Shown piece by piece: positions 34,810 through 44,131 of a stretch of DNA of 64,000 nucleotides. Position numbers and translations under genes: made by a program. The stretch is from a bacterium. GTDB lineage: Bacteria > Margulisbacteria > Marinamargulisbacteria > SXXA01 > JAHFDB01. The first letter of the stretch is position 1, and every line of letters starts with the position of its first letter. The notes beneath the pieces are model-generated. The model had not been told where the DNA came from. It made no database searches and saw nothing but the letters and a program-made list of their open reading frames with translations. Where the stretch lies: the NCBI GenBank assembly GCA_023249195.1, contig JAHFDB010000002.1, positions 13,911 to 77,910 of the forward strand, in the 5' to 3' direction.

Positions 34810-36475
34810 ACTGCAAAAAAAAGTCCCTCGCTATCGGTCCATCAGAACGACTATCTCAAACTTAAGATGGCAACTTGGATTGAGCACCTTTTTTACAGAT
34901 AAGGTCCCTTTCTCTTTCAGTACAGGCACATGTTTTGCATCAAAAATAAGCACCCTAGCCCACACATGTCATGGCCATTGGGTTGAACTTGGGGCAGGAA
35001 CAGGAATTTTATCTCGACATATTTTAGATAAACTCAAACAAGACTTTTCTGAAGACTATGCAAACATTCGTATTTCAGTTTCCGACTATTCTGAGTCTGC
35101 AGTCGCTTCGTTAAAAAACGCAGGGCTTTTTTCTGAACATCCTAACACTGATTTTCCCATTATAAATGCGCATGCCCCTCATTTTAGCACTAAAGAATGG
35201 CCTAGGGTTGTTATTTTGTCCTATTTACTTGATTCAATGGACTGCCGCCATATTGAAATAAACAACAACACTGTCTCTGAAATTCAAGTAAAAACAAGAA
35301 TCAAAACAACAGCACCTATTATTGATGTCAGTGTTTTTCCACCAAAAATTCGTAATCCAGAAGAAATTAAAAAACTTTTCAATGGAAAGGATATTCATCT
35401 TCAAAAAAAGATAGCCCCTTTTCTCCTTCCTTATCTCAAAGAAAGCTATGTCAAAGTTCCTTTAAACAAAACAGATATGTCAAAAAAAGAAAAAGAAGAT
35501 CTCCTTTCTTTTGCAAAAACTCTGCCCAAAACAACCCTTCGTTTTAATTATTCTATGCACTTTTCAAATATGCTCAAAGAGTTACTTGCCAGGGACCAAG
35601 AATCACTCATTATTATCAACGATTTTGGGTATCCCTTGGCCGATGTCGCCCCAAAAGTAAGTGCACTAAGTACTACCTATGGCACTGTTTCATGTCACTC
35701 AGTATACTTTCCCTACCTACGCCATATTGCAACTGACTGCAAAGCGACTACATTCACGACCCTCAACCCCCCTGGAAACACACAGATGATGGTCATCTAC
35801 AAAGGGAAAAGAGAGGCCTACATCCAAGAGCAATGTCTCTCCATTTTTAAAAACAAAGAATACGATACAATGCACACGCTTGCTAAAACCGTTTTTAAAC
35901 TAAAAAAACCAACAAAAAACACTCACTCCCATCTAGAGCTGCAATGGAAAAATATAGCCCCGCTTTATAAGGAAGATTATTTTGTTACCATGTCTTTTGC
36001 AAACGTTGCCTATAAAAACAAGCTCTATTCTAAAGCAATCGAGTGCCTAGAGAAAATTTTACCCTCTTATGCCTCAATTTCTATTCCTAGGTTACATCTT
36101 TTAGGCTATTGTTATCTAGAAAATGGAGATTTTAAGAATGCAGAAAAAGCATTCAAAAAAGCACTCAATTTATCCCTAGACTACCCCGTATCCTATCTCA
36201 ACATTGCCCATCTCTATCTCAAAAAAAGAGAACTTGAAAGCTATCAAAAAGCCATTAAGACCTATATTGAAAAAGCAGATAGGCCTTCGTTCGGAGAACA
36301 CATGATCACCTTAGCCCTTTTATATGTTCAAACAGGCGATAGAGAAACATCAAGCGCTCTTACTGAATTCATTTGCACTGCCTACACGCAAGACAAATCT
36401 CTCTTCTCTGAATCCCTTTATCGAAAAGCGCTAGGAATTCAAAATCTTATTGCCCAGATTCAACCGACGACCTAA
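34796..36475 (+). CDS. class I SAM-dependent methyltransferase (MidA/DUF185-like N-terminal) fused to C-terminal TPR repeats
   Basis: Motif I HWVELGAGTGILSRHIL, with TPR-like helices in the last roughly 150 aa. Overlaps the GGDEF gene by 14 nt. Confidence 0.6.
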   Translation: MSTLELQKKVPRYRSIRTTISNLRWQLGLSTFFTDKVPFSFSTGTCFASKISTLAHTCHGHWVELGAGTGILSRHILDKLKQDFSEDYANIRISVSDYSESAVASLKNAGLFSEHPNTDFPIINAHAPHFSTKEWPRVVILSYLLDSMDCRHIEINNNTVSEIQVKTRIKTTAPIIDVSVFPPKIRNPEEIKKLFNGKDIHLQKKIAPFLLPYLKESYVKVPLNKTDMSKKEKEDLLSFAKTLPKTTLRFNYSMHFSNMLKELLARDQESLIIINDFGYPLADVAPKVSALSTTYGTVSCHSVYFPYLRHIATDCKATTFTTLNPPGNTQMMVIYKGKREAYIQEQCLSIFKNKEYDTMHTLAKTVFKLKKPTKNTHSHLELQWKNIAPLYKEDYFVTMSFANVAYKNKLYSKAIECLEKILPSYASISIPRLHLLGYCYLENGDFKNAEKAFKKALNLSLDYPVSYLNIAHLYLKKRELESYQKAIKTYIEKADRPSFGEHMITLALLYVQTGDRETSSALTEFICTAYTQDKSLFSESLYRKALGIQNLIAQIQPTT

Positions 36476-38492
36476 TATCCAAAACGTTCATTCTCAAACG
36501 ATCGTGGAACTTTTTACGTCCTTTTCGTCTAAATTGTTCTAAGGTAAAAATAACATCATATCGAGCATCAGCATCATTAGACCGAATTCGGCAAAATTTC
36601 TCCCATAAACCAAACCCTACGGCATTAATATGTTGAACAGGGAAACGACCTGACTGATCATGGGAATTTAATACAAAAAATTCTAGATGAGGCGTCCTAG
36701 CTTCTTGATATTTATTACCAAATGGCCGTGCCTTACTCACAAAACAATTCCCCAAGAAAAAGACCGGATAATCAAACTCTTGTCCATAAGGAGTGAGTTG
36801 TTCAAGTTTTTTAACCAATCCACTATTGATTTGAGACAGTTCCAGAGACTCTAAAACCTCATAAGAAAAATGAAATTGGTCCTCAGGAATAGTCAAAATA
36901 GCTTCGCGAATTAATAAAAGAAACTCATCCAGATCCCGCTTATGCAAAGTAAATCCGCACGCCTGAGCATGTCCGCCAAAAGCATTCACAACACGTTTAC
37001 CCATCTGGGTTTCTACTTCTGTCTGAAAAAGTTTGCGATTATGTTTTTTTTCAAATAAATCTGAAACGCCATCGACCAACGCATACATGTTAATCGTGGG
37101 AATGCTTCTTACGGAGCCTCTGAGATCATCACTTCCTGTGTACTCTGTGATAATAATAGCCGGACGAAGGAAGCGGTCTTTCAATCTATCTGCATCGATA
37201 CCAATAACACCAGGATTCCAGTTCTTTCCTTTAACAATAATAACCCTATCATGCTCAACATCAACCTGATCTTCCACCATATTATCAATTTCATCTTCAA
37301 TCTTACTGGTCATAAACTTGCGTTTCTCGTTAATATCCTCAACCAAAGAGGCCTCATCCAAAGCAGAAACAATATCCGTCACCACAGGACTAATAGAGGG
37401 CACTGCTTTTTTAGCCTTATCTAGCTCTAATACATAGTTGAATTCCTCTAAAACCTCAGAGGCTTTTTGGGCATTTAGCTTGCCCATTCCAAGCAAAAGC
37501 AAATCAACAACAATGCGAGAGTCTGGAATGCCAGCTTCACGATCACCAATGCGCCCAGGAGCATTGAGTCGAGGAACAATAGTGCGTCCAATATCATTAG
37601 AACGAAGCTCAGAAAGCCCATTAGAGCTCACTTCTTTTAAAGCCCTCAGCCCTTCCATTTTTGTCCTATTGAGGGCTTCTATTCCTTTTTTCACCATAAT
37701 TCTATTAAGCGGGTTCAAAAATGACATTCTGTCTGAAATAGTACCTAAGGTAGCAACAGACAAAAAGAAATCCATTAAATAATCAGGAACAGGTTTTTTC
37801 ATTGTATCAAAAACAGCCAAAACAAGTTTAAAAGCAACTCCCGCACCAGCCAAACTTTTTTCAAAACTAACATCGGTATACCGATGCGGATTCACAATCG
37901 CATAAGCAGGAGGAACTTCTCTACCCAAAATATGGTGATCACAGATAATAACATCAATATTCTGGCTATTGGCGTATATGGTTGACTCCACATCTTTACT
38001 ACCACAGTCAGAGGTAATAATAAGCTTGGTGCCCGCTTGCTTTGCCTCGTCAATAATACGAGTCTGTAAGCCATGCCCCTCACGACATCGTGTCGGGAAA
38101 TCATAGTGAACGCGCCCGCCCAAATGACGTAAGCCAGCTGTTATGATAACAGTACCTGTAATGCCATCTGCATCGGGGTCTCCGTTAACTACAATCATTT
38201 CATTCGCATCTATCGCAGATTTAATGCGACGGGTGGCTTTTTCTAGATCTTCCTTTGAAGTAATTTTGTCAAAATCAGTAATTAATGACTCAGAAGGATT
38301 AATAAAGTGTTTGAGCACCTCAATCTGACCAGCCCCTATCTTTCGAGAAAGAAGCAGTTTAACCAAAATCGGATCTAAATGAAGTTGCGAAGAGATATCT
38401 GAAACTTGCTGAACATTAAACTGAGGAAAGTGCCATCTTTCCTTCATTATGGCTTGAAACGGTTTTTTCATATTAATTAGGGACCTACACAA
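36447..38492 (-). CDS. recJ: single-stranded-DNA-specific exonuclease RecJ
   Basis: DHH family motifs GDPDADGITG and ICDHH, plus a DHHA1 region. 681 aa. Confidence 0.85.
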   Translation of the reverse strand: MCRSLINMKKPFQAIMKERWHFPQFNVQQVSDISSQLHLDPILVKLLLSRKIGAGQIEVLKHFINPSESLITDFDKITSKEDLEKATRRIKSAIDANEMIVVNGDPDADGITGTVIITAGLRHLGGRVHYDFPTRCREGHGLQTRIIDEAKQAGTKLIITSDCGSKDVESTIYANSQNIDVIICDHHILGREVPPAYAIVNPHRYTDVSFEKSLAGAGVAFKLVLAVFDTMKKPVPDYLMDFFLSVATLGTISDRMSFLNPLNRIMVKKGIEALNRTKMEGLRALKEVSSNGLSELRSNDIGRTIVPRLNAPGRIGDREAGIPDSRIVVDLLLLGMGKLNAQKASEVLEEFNYVLELDKAKKAVPSISPVVTDIVSALDEASLVEDINEKRKFMTSKIEDEIDNMVEDQVDVEHDRVIIVKGKNWNPGVIGIDADRLKDRFLRPAIIITEYTGSDDLRGSVRSIPTINMYALVDGVSDLFEKKHNRKLFQTEVETQMGKRVVNAFGGHAQACGFTLHKRDLDEFLLLIREAILTIPEDQFHFSYEVLESLELSQINSGLVKKLEQLTPYGQEFDYPVFFLGNCFVSKARPFGNKYQEARTPHLEFFVLNSHDQSGRFPVQHINAVGFGLWEKFCRIRSNDADARYDVIFTLEQFRRKGRKKFHDRLRMNVLDIRSSVESGQ

Positions 38493-38524
38493 GAACTTTC
38501 CATGCGTACCTTTATAAGAGTATT

Positions 38525-39973
38525 TTGCCTACAACTATACCTTGTCTGTTGCCTTTATGGAAGCCTAGACTTCGATTAGGTAGCTTTGTATACTTCCCAA
38601 TTATGTTCAAAAAGCTTATGGGACTCCCTGCCATGCCTTACCTCATTGTCTCATTTTTGATTCTGAGTTGGCCTTTTATTAATTTTCCGCTAACTGACGG
38701 AGACATTGAGCATTGGGTCAAAATAGCCACCTCTGTTCGGGTTCAAAATCTATTTTTAACAGGCCCCCATGACCAGGCGCATGGCCCTCTTCTTTCTTGG
38801 ACAGGAGGCCTACTCGCTCATCTTCATCCCACCTCTTTTTATCTGTATGCCTGCTTCAGTATCGTTATGGGCCTTTTGGGAGTTTTCTGGACCTATTATT
38901 TTTCACAAAAATTCTGGAAAAACACCTCTCTTTCCAAACTTTGCACCTTTGTATTTTCAACTAACATTGCATTTATATATCTCTCAAGAACACCCATGTA
39001 CGACTGGCCTGCCGCTATTTTTTATTTCGGATTTTGCGGATTTTATACGCTCTTTATCAAAGAGCATAAGTACTCTTTTTTAATTCTAAGCTTGTTTTGT
39101 CTGAGTGTGGGAAGCCTGAGTCGCTTTTCAATTTCATTGGGTTTGGGCATAGGCTATATCGCGGGAGCTCAACTCATCTTAAATAGAAAAAAAGGACTAA
39201 AAAATATCATAAAAGACATTTTTCTGATCACACTTACCGTGTGCTGTATAAATGCAGCGTGGATTTGGGGCCAATACACCACCCATGGAATCGCTTTTTT
39301 AGAAGAGTTTTTCTACGACAATATAGGAAGATATCTCAGAGAACCAGGAAACAGTACCATTCACCACGATTACTACGGGTTTGTGGTCTATGCGCTGATT
39401 GCCTTATTGCCTTATAGCCCCTGGTTTTTAGCCTCTATATTGCAAAAAAAATTTTTACAAACTTTAAAATCAGACACATGGGTTCAACTTCTCGGAATAG
39501 CGTGGCTGCCTTGTCTCGTCATTTTTTCTTTTTCAGGACATGTCAAATTAGGAAGATATATCGCCTATATTGTCCCCTCACTATCCTTGTTTATGAGCTA
39601 TTTACTTTTTCAAGACATTCAAAACACCGCCTACACTCAAAAAGTAAAAAGACTCATGCGCGTCATTCTAAGCTTATTAATAGCCCTTCTGGTATACGAA
39701 GGGTTTCATTTCAACACGGAATCTTTAAGCAGCGTACCACTCGTAATCAGCGTTGTTTGGGTCATATTTGGAGGACTCTTGTGGGCTTATTACACCTTAG
39801 TAATAAACCCCAAGAAATTTTTAGCCTCTCCAGAAAAATACCTTTATGGGTTCATAATTCTATATTTCGTTTTTTTCACTGTTCTGTCCTATGAAAGCCT
39901 TCATGCACCGTTTCTAGTAGAAACACGCTCAAAACTGTTATCTATCATTCAAAACAACTCGTCCCTTGAATGA
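38525..39973 (+). CDS. GT-C family glycosyltransferase (ArnT/PMT-like, GT83/GT39-type)
   Basis: Polytopic membrane protein with an acidic first-loop motif TDGDIEHW and a PLLSW segment typical of ArnT-like transferases. Confidence 0.6.
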   Translation: MPTTIPCLLPLWKPRLRLGSFVYFPIMFKKLMGLPAMPYLIVSFLILSWPFINFPLTDGDIEHWVKIATSVRVQNLFLTGPHDQAHGPLLSWTGGLLAHLHPTSFYLYACFSIVMGLLGVFWTYYFSQKFWKNTSLSKLCTFVFSTNIAFIYLSRTPMYDWPAAIFYFGFCGFYTLFIKEHKYSFLILSLFCLSVGSLSRFSISLGLGIGYIAGAQLILNRKKGLKNIIKDIFLITLTVCCINAAWIWGQYTTHGIAFLEEFFYDNIGRYLREPGNSTIHHDYYGFVVYALIALLPYSPWFLASILQKKFLQTLKSDTWVQLLGIAWLPCLVIFSFSGHVKLGRYIAYIVPSLSLFMSYLLFQDIQNTAYTQKVKRLMRVILSLLIALLVYEGFHFNTESLSSVPLVISVVWVIFGGLLWAYYTLVINPKKFLASPEKYLYGFIILYFVFFTVLSYESLHAPFLVETRSKLLSIIQNNSSLE

Positions 39974-39978
39974 AAAAC

Positions 39979-40344
39979 TCACGCCAAGAGCTTCTGCGCT
40001 TTCCCTTTGGCCTCTGAAAGTGTTTGCAGCAACTCAAATGTATCTACAACCACCTCCGTCATCCATCTCTCTTCTGCTTCTTTTTCATAGGAATGAACTT
40101 GAATTTTACCTGAGACTAGAATAGGCATTCCCTTTTTTAATATTTTAAACCCAGCCTCTGCAGACTTTCCCCACATAGCAACAGGAATAAAATCCGCCAC
40201 TGTCGTTCCATCTTTTCTTTTATAGGATCTGCCCACTGCCAAAGTAAATGACAACTTTGTGGCCGTTTCAGAAAACCGTCTCAGCTCAGGATCTCTGGTT
40301 AATCTTCCCACCAAAATAGAATAGTTGTACTGCAAACTCATCAT
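39979..40344 (-). CDS. ssb: single-stranded DNA-binding protein (OB fold only, no acidic C-terminal tail)
   Basis: ILVGRLTRDPELR...W...F OB-fold signature. 121 aa, ending KGKAQKLLA. Confidence 0.75.
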   Translation of the reverse strand: MMSLQYNYSILVGRLTRDPELRRFSETATKLSFTLAVGRSYKRKDGTTVADFIPVAMWGKSAEAGFKILKKGMPILVSGKIQVHSYEKEAEERWMTEVVVDTFELLQTLSEAKGKAQKLLA

Positions 40345-40406
40345 TATTCTCCCTCATTAATAGATTGGCGCCTATCACAAGAGAATAAAGGAAAATTTTA
40401 ATAACG

Positions 40407-41513
40407 TCAATTATTTATTTTTTTATAAATCAACCGAACAAATAATTTGTTCTTTTTAAAAAAGAAGTCGAGCGTTAGTGGTGGGGCAGGAAAAGAGTGT
40501 GCTTCAGAAAAAACCAATTCTGTCTCAACGGGTGCAAACCTAACAGTAATGGGCTGTGAAGAAATTTCATCCCCTGTGTAAGGATCCATCCAATAGGCCT
40601 CTTCCCTATTTTGAGACACCCCATAAGCAACCTTAATGCCAAAGGAAGCCTTTTCAATAGACAGCAAAGCCTCTGAAGAAGAGGGCAATGGCAGTTCTTT
40701 TTGATAAAGAACGCTTCCCTCATTAGCCAAGACAGCCAATAAGCGAGGAGGATTTTCAAAAACCCCATACACAATATCATTGCCTAAAACCAAAGGATGC
40801 CTAATCACCTCTGGACACTGAAAAACCCATTTTTTACAACCGGTTTCACGATCAAGCGCAATTAAAGTGCGATCTAAACTAAAATACACTGTGTCTGCGC
40901 TTAAGACAGGTCGTGTGTAGCCTGTATTTTTATTGGCGCTCACGGAGTTTTGCCAGTACACAATAGAATCAGCATCCGTACGAGAAGAAGAATTGCTTAA
41001 AAGGCTGAATCCATCCAAAAAATATCGTAGAGATTTTTGAATCTGCAACCAATGTTTATGTAGCGCAGCCACTGACACAACCACCCGCTTGTTACTCCCA
41101 ACAAAATAATACTCTCCAACGAGCTGTTTTTCGACCGCAAGACCTTCTGTCAACATATCCCGACTGTACACCGCAACATAACTCTCACTCGCATTGGCCA
41201 ACTGATTTTCAGAAGCAGTACCTGGCCTCTCTAACAAATTTACCCATCCATCATATGTAGTAGCCGCCTGGATCTTTTGAAATCCGTTCGCCGAAACAGT
41301 GTCTTGTAGAGGATATACCGAAATAGTAACACTCACGAGGGAAGCATCCCCAACCTGGAGAGCATTAGAAGAAACCGAAAGCACCTCCCATCCGGAAGGA
41401 AATCCGAATCGAACACCTAAGCCCGCATGTTCAAAAAGAGTTTGGGAGTAAAGGACTCCTGAAAGAAGAACAAAAAAAAGCGTCCCCGTCCAAAATGAGA
41501 GAATCCTACGCAT
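40407..41513 (-). CDS. secreted protein with C-terminal PQQ-like beta-propeller repeats (BamB-like fold?)
   Basis: Signal peptide MRRILSFWTGTLFFVLLSGVLYS and a segment ALDRETGCKKWVF. The tracked ORF starts at 41543. Confidence 0.5.
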   Translation of the reverse strand: MRRILSFWTGTLFFVLLSGVLYSQTLFEHAGLGVRFGFPSGWEVLSVSSNALQVGDASLVSVTISVYPLQDTVSANGFQKIQAATTYDGWVNLLERPGTASENQLANASESYVAVYSRDMLTEGLAVEKQLVGEYYFVGSNKRVVVSVAALHKHWLQIQKSLRYFLDGFSLLSNSSSRTDADSIVYWQNSVSANKNTGYTRPVLSADTVYFSLDRTLIALDRETGCKKWVFQCPEVIRHPLVLGNDIVYGVFENPPRLLAVLANEGSVLYQKELPLPSSSEALLSIEKASFGIKVAYGVSQNREEAYWMDPYTGDEISSQPITVRFAPVETELVFSEAHSFPAPPLTLDFFFKKNKLFVRLIYKKINN

Positions 41514-41569
41514 ATAGTATGAGTGTATCTCATAACATTGCAAGAAAGAAGGTCCTCGCTTACACTATT

Positions 41570-42955
41570 TTGATGTCCGAACTCTCAGTCAAAAACCCCT
41601 ATTCATGTATTTGGATAACAGACGGACTCTCGTCTAGGGATGCACAAAAAAGATACCGAGAAAGAAGATCCACTCTCGCTCAAAAAATAGGATATACCTG
41701 CGTCATTTTTGGAACAGATACCCTGCCTGGAGACCGGAATAACTGGGCGCATGTTCCCTCTTTTATCTATCAAGAACCCCTCATGCTCTTCTTAACAGGA
41801 ATCAATCAACCTAAAGTAGCACTCGTACTCAATCCTAACCATTCTCACCAAGAAATTCTATTTATCCCTCCCAAAAACGCCATGCTAGAATTTTGGGAAG
41901 GAAAGAAATTTGGATTTGGCTCTAAAGAAGATCTTGAAGAAATAACCGACATCACAGGGATTGCACAGGTGTATCCGATAGAAACCCTGGAAACCTATCT
42001 TTCAACCCAACTGACATCCGCTTCCACAATGGGACTCTATTGGCATAGCAGTCCCACAAAAACACTCAAAGATCCTCTTTTTGACAAAAAAAGCAAGCTC
42101 ATCAGAGCTCTCAAAAGAAAAGGCGTTGCCCCCGCTGTCGTCAATATTGCCCATGCACAATGGCAGTGTCGGCTTCCTCTCGATGCTACTGATTTTAAAA
42201 ATGCACAGACAGCAAATGCTAAAACTGCAGACGCTTTCAAAAAAACACTTCCCGTTATTCCAACATGCAAAAGTGAAACAGAAGTTTCAGGGATACTCGC
42301 CGGTGAAATTCAAAAAAGATCCTATTTTGGGCATAGCTTCCCCTCTATTATTGCAAGCGGGAAAAATGCCACCATTCTGCACTATACAAAAAACAATGAT
42401 ACCTTCTCTCCCCAAGAACTTCTTCTGCTCGATTTCGGGGTGCGTTGGCAAGGAATGCATGCAGACATTTCGAGAACCGTCCCCATCTCAGGAAAGTTCA
42501 ATCCCCTACAGCGACTGCTTTACACCCTGGTTCTAGATGCACAAGCTCGGGTTGAAAAACATGCCAAACCAGGAGTCACACTTGAAGAACTTAACACCCT
42601 CTGCTGGACCTTTATTAATAGCGAATTAGACTCGAAAATCCGCTCGAATGGGGGGCAAGCAAACCTTCCTTATGCCACACAACCCCACAACGTTAGTCAT
42701 TATATTGGACTTCAAGTTCACGATGGCGACCCCTTTCGACTGTATAAAAAAACACCCCTCGCTCCTGGAATGATGATTAGCAACGAACCTGGTCTCTATG
42801 GACATTTTAGTATGACCCTAGAAAACGTTCTCTATACTGAATGGATAGGAATTAGAATCGAAGATGACCTTTGGATAACCGCATCTGGATGTATCAACCT
42901 TAGTCGCGATTGTCCTAAAACCATCGACGAAATTGAAGCGTTGATGGCCTCTTAG
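41570..42955 (+). CDS. Xaa-Pro aminopeptidase (M24B family)
   Basis: M24 pita-bread motifs (HY..N, DFG..W.GMHADISRT, HNVSHYIGLQVHD, SNEPGLY). The ORF opens at 41495, so the start is uncertain. Confidence 0.8.
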   Translation: MMSELSVKNPYSCIWITDGLSSRDAQKRYRERRSTLAQKIGYTCVIFGTDTLPGDRNNWAHVPSFIYQEPLMLFLTGINQPKVALVLNPNHSHQEILFIPPKNAMLEFWEGKKFGFGSKEDLEEITDITGIAQVYPIETLETYLSTQLTSASTMGLYWHSSPTKTLKDPLFDKKSKLIRALKRKGVAPAVVNIAHAQWQCRLPLDATDFKNAQTANAKTADAFKKTLPVIPTCKSETEVSGILAGEIQKRSYFGHSFPSIIASGKNATILHYTKNNDTFSPQELLLLDFGVRWQGMHADISRTVPISGKFNPLQRLLYTLVLDAQARVEKHAKPGVTLEELNTLCWTFINSELDSKIRSNGGQANLPYATQPHNVSHYIGLQVHDGDPFRLYKKTPLAPGMMISNEPGLYGHFSMTLENVLYTEWIGIRIEDDLWITASGCINLSRDCPKTIDEIEALMAS

Positions 42956-42977
42956 TCTGTAGGATATACTGAAGCCT

Positions 42978-44066
42978 ATGAAAACAACTTACAGCGCGCT
43001 CACTCAAAAAAGTCTCTCTGGAGAATCTCTCTCTCTGGAAGACTGTCTTGCCATACTAACAGACCCCTCCATTGAGCTTCTTCCCTTACTCGATGCGGCC
43101 TATCAAGTAAGAAAAACCTATTGGGGAAACAACGTGACTATTCACGTAATAAACAATGCCCAAAATGGGAACTGCCCTGAAGACTGTGCCTATTGTGCAC
43201 AGGCTAAAACATCTGAATCTGACATTGAAGATTATCCCATCAAAAGTGAAGCTGAAATTTTAGAAGAAGCCAAGCAGGCCTATGAATCGGGGGCCTATCG
43301 CTATTGCATGGTTTTTGGTGGACGTGGCCCTCGCCCAAAACGAGTTGAGCTCTTGGCCTCTATGATTAAAAAAATCAAAGAAACCTACCCCATCCAAGTT
43401 TGTGTTTCGACTGGACTTATTGATAATGACGCAGCAAAACAACTCAAAGCAGCAGGCCTCGACAGACTTAACCACAATCTTAATACATCCAAGGACCACT
43501 ACCCTAACATTTGCAGCACCCACACCTATGAAGACCGACTTAAAACCCTTTATGCGGCCCAATCAAATGGCCTTGAGATTTGTTCCGGCATGATCGTAGG
43601 CATGGGGGAATCTGCCTCTGATATCGTTAAAGTAGCCTTAGCATTACGAGAAAAAAACACCACCTCTATTCCCATTAATTTTCTCATTCCTATTCCAGGA
43701 ACCCGCATTAAAGAAGTATCCGAATTAACCCCTCAATACTGCCTACGGGTTCTTTGCTTGTTTCGCCTTTTGAATCCTAAAGCAGAAATCAGAGTTGCCG
43801 CAGGAAGAGAAGTCCATTTCCGTTCTATGCAAGCGATGGCACTCTACCCTGCCAGCTCACTCTTTATGGAAGGCTACCTCAATACAAAAGGGACTCAAAC
43901 GGTTGAAACCCTTCAGATGATCAAAGATGCGGGATTTAATATCATTTCAACATTTAATCTAGAAGAAATTATGCAAAAAACAGAGGCCTCCCACTACCCT
44001 GCCAACTCAGATGTTTTACTCAAACAACTCTCTGACTTACGCCCCGCTTTGAAAAGCTGCTCATAG
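42978..44066 (+). CDS. bioB: biotin synthase (radical SAM)
   Basis: Motifs CPEDCAYCAQ, NHNLNTS and YEDRLKTL, with collinear similarity to BioB throughout. Confidence 0.85.
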   Translation: MKTTYSALTQKSLSGESLSLEDCLAILTDPSIELLPLLDAAYQVRKTYWGNNVTIHVINNAQNGNCPEDCAYCAQAKTSESDIEDYPIKSEAEILEEAKQAYESGAYRYCMVFGGRGPRPKRVELLASMIKKIKETYPIQVCVSTGLIDNDAAKQLKAAGLDRLNHNLNTSKDHYPNICSTHTYEDRLKTLYAAQSNGLEICSGMIVGMGESASDIVKVALALREKNTTSIPINFLIPIPGTRIKEVSELTPQYCLRVLCLFRLLNPKAEIRVAAGREVHFRSMQAMALYPASSLFMEGYLNTKGTQTVETLQMIKDAGFNIISTFNLEEIMQKTEASHYPANSDVLLKQLSDLRPALKSCS

Positions 44067-44131
44067 CTGCTAGAATATACGCCCCTTTAGATTTTTCTAA
44101 AGCACACTAACGCCCACTATACAGGAATACC

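Noticed and set aside
40426-40442. Palindromic hairpin GAACAAAtaaTTTGTTC followed by a T-run
   Set aside because: Lies inside the 3' coding region of the 40407..41513 gene and not downstream of a stop, so it is unlikely to be a terminator.
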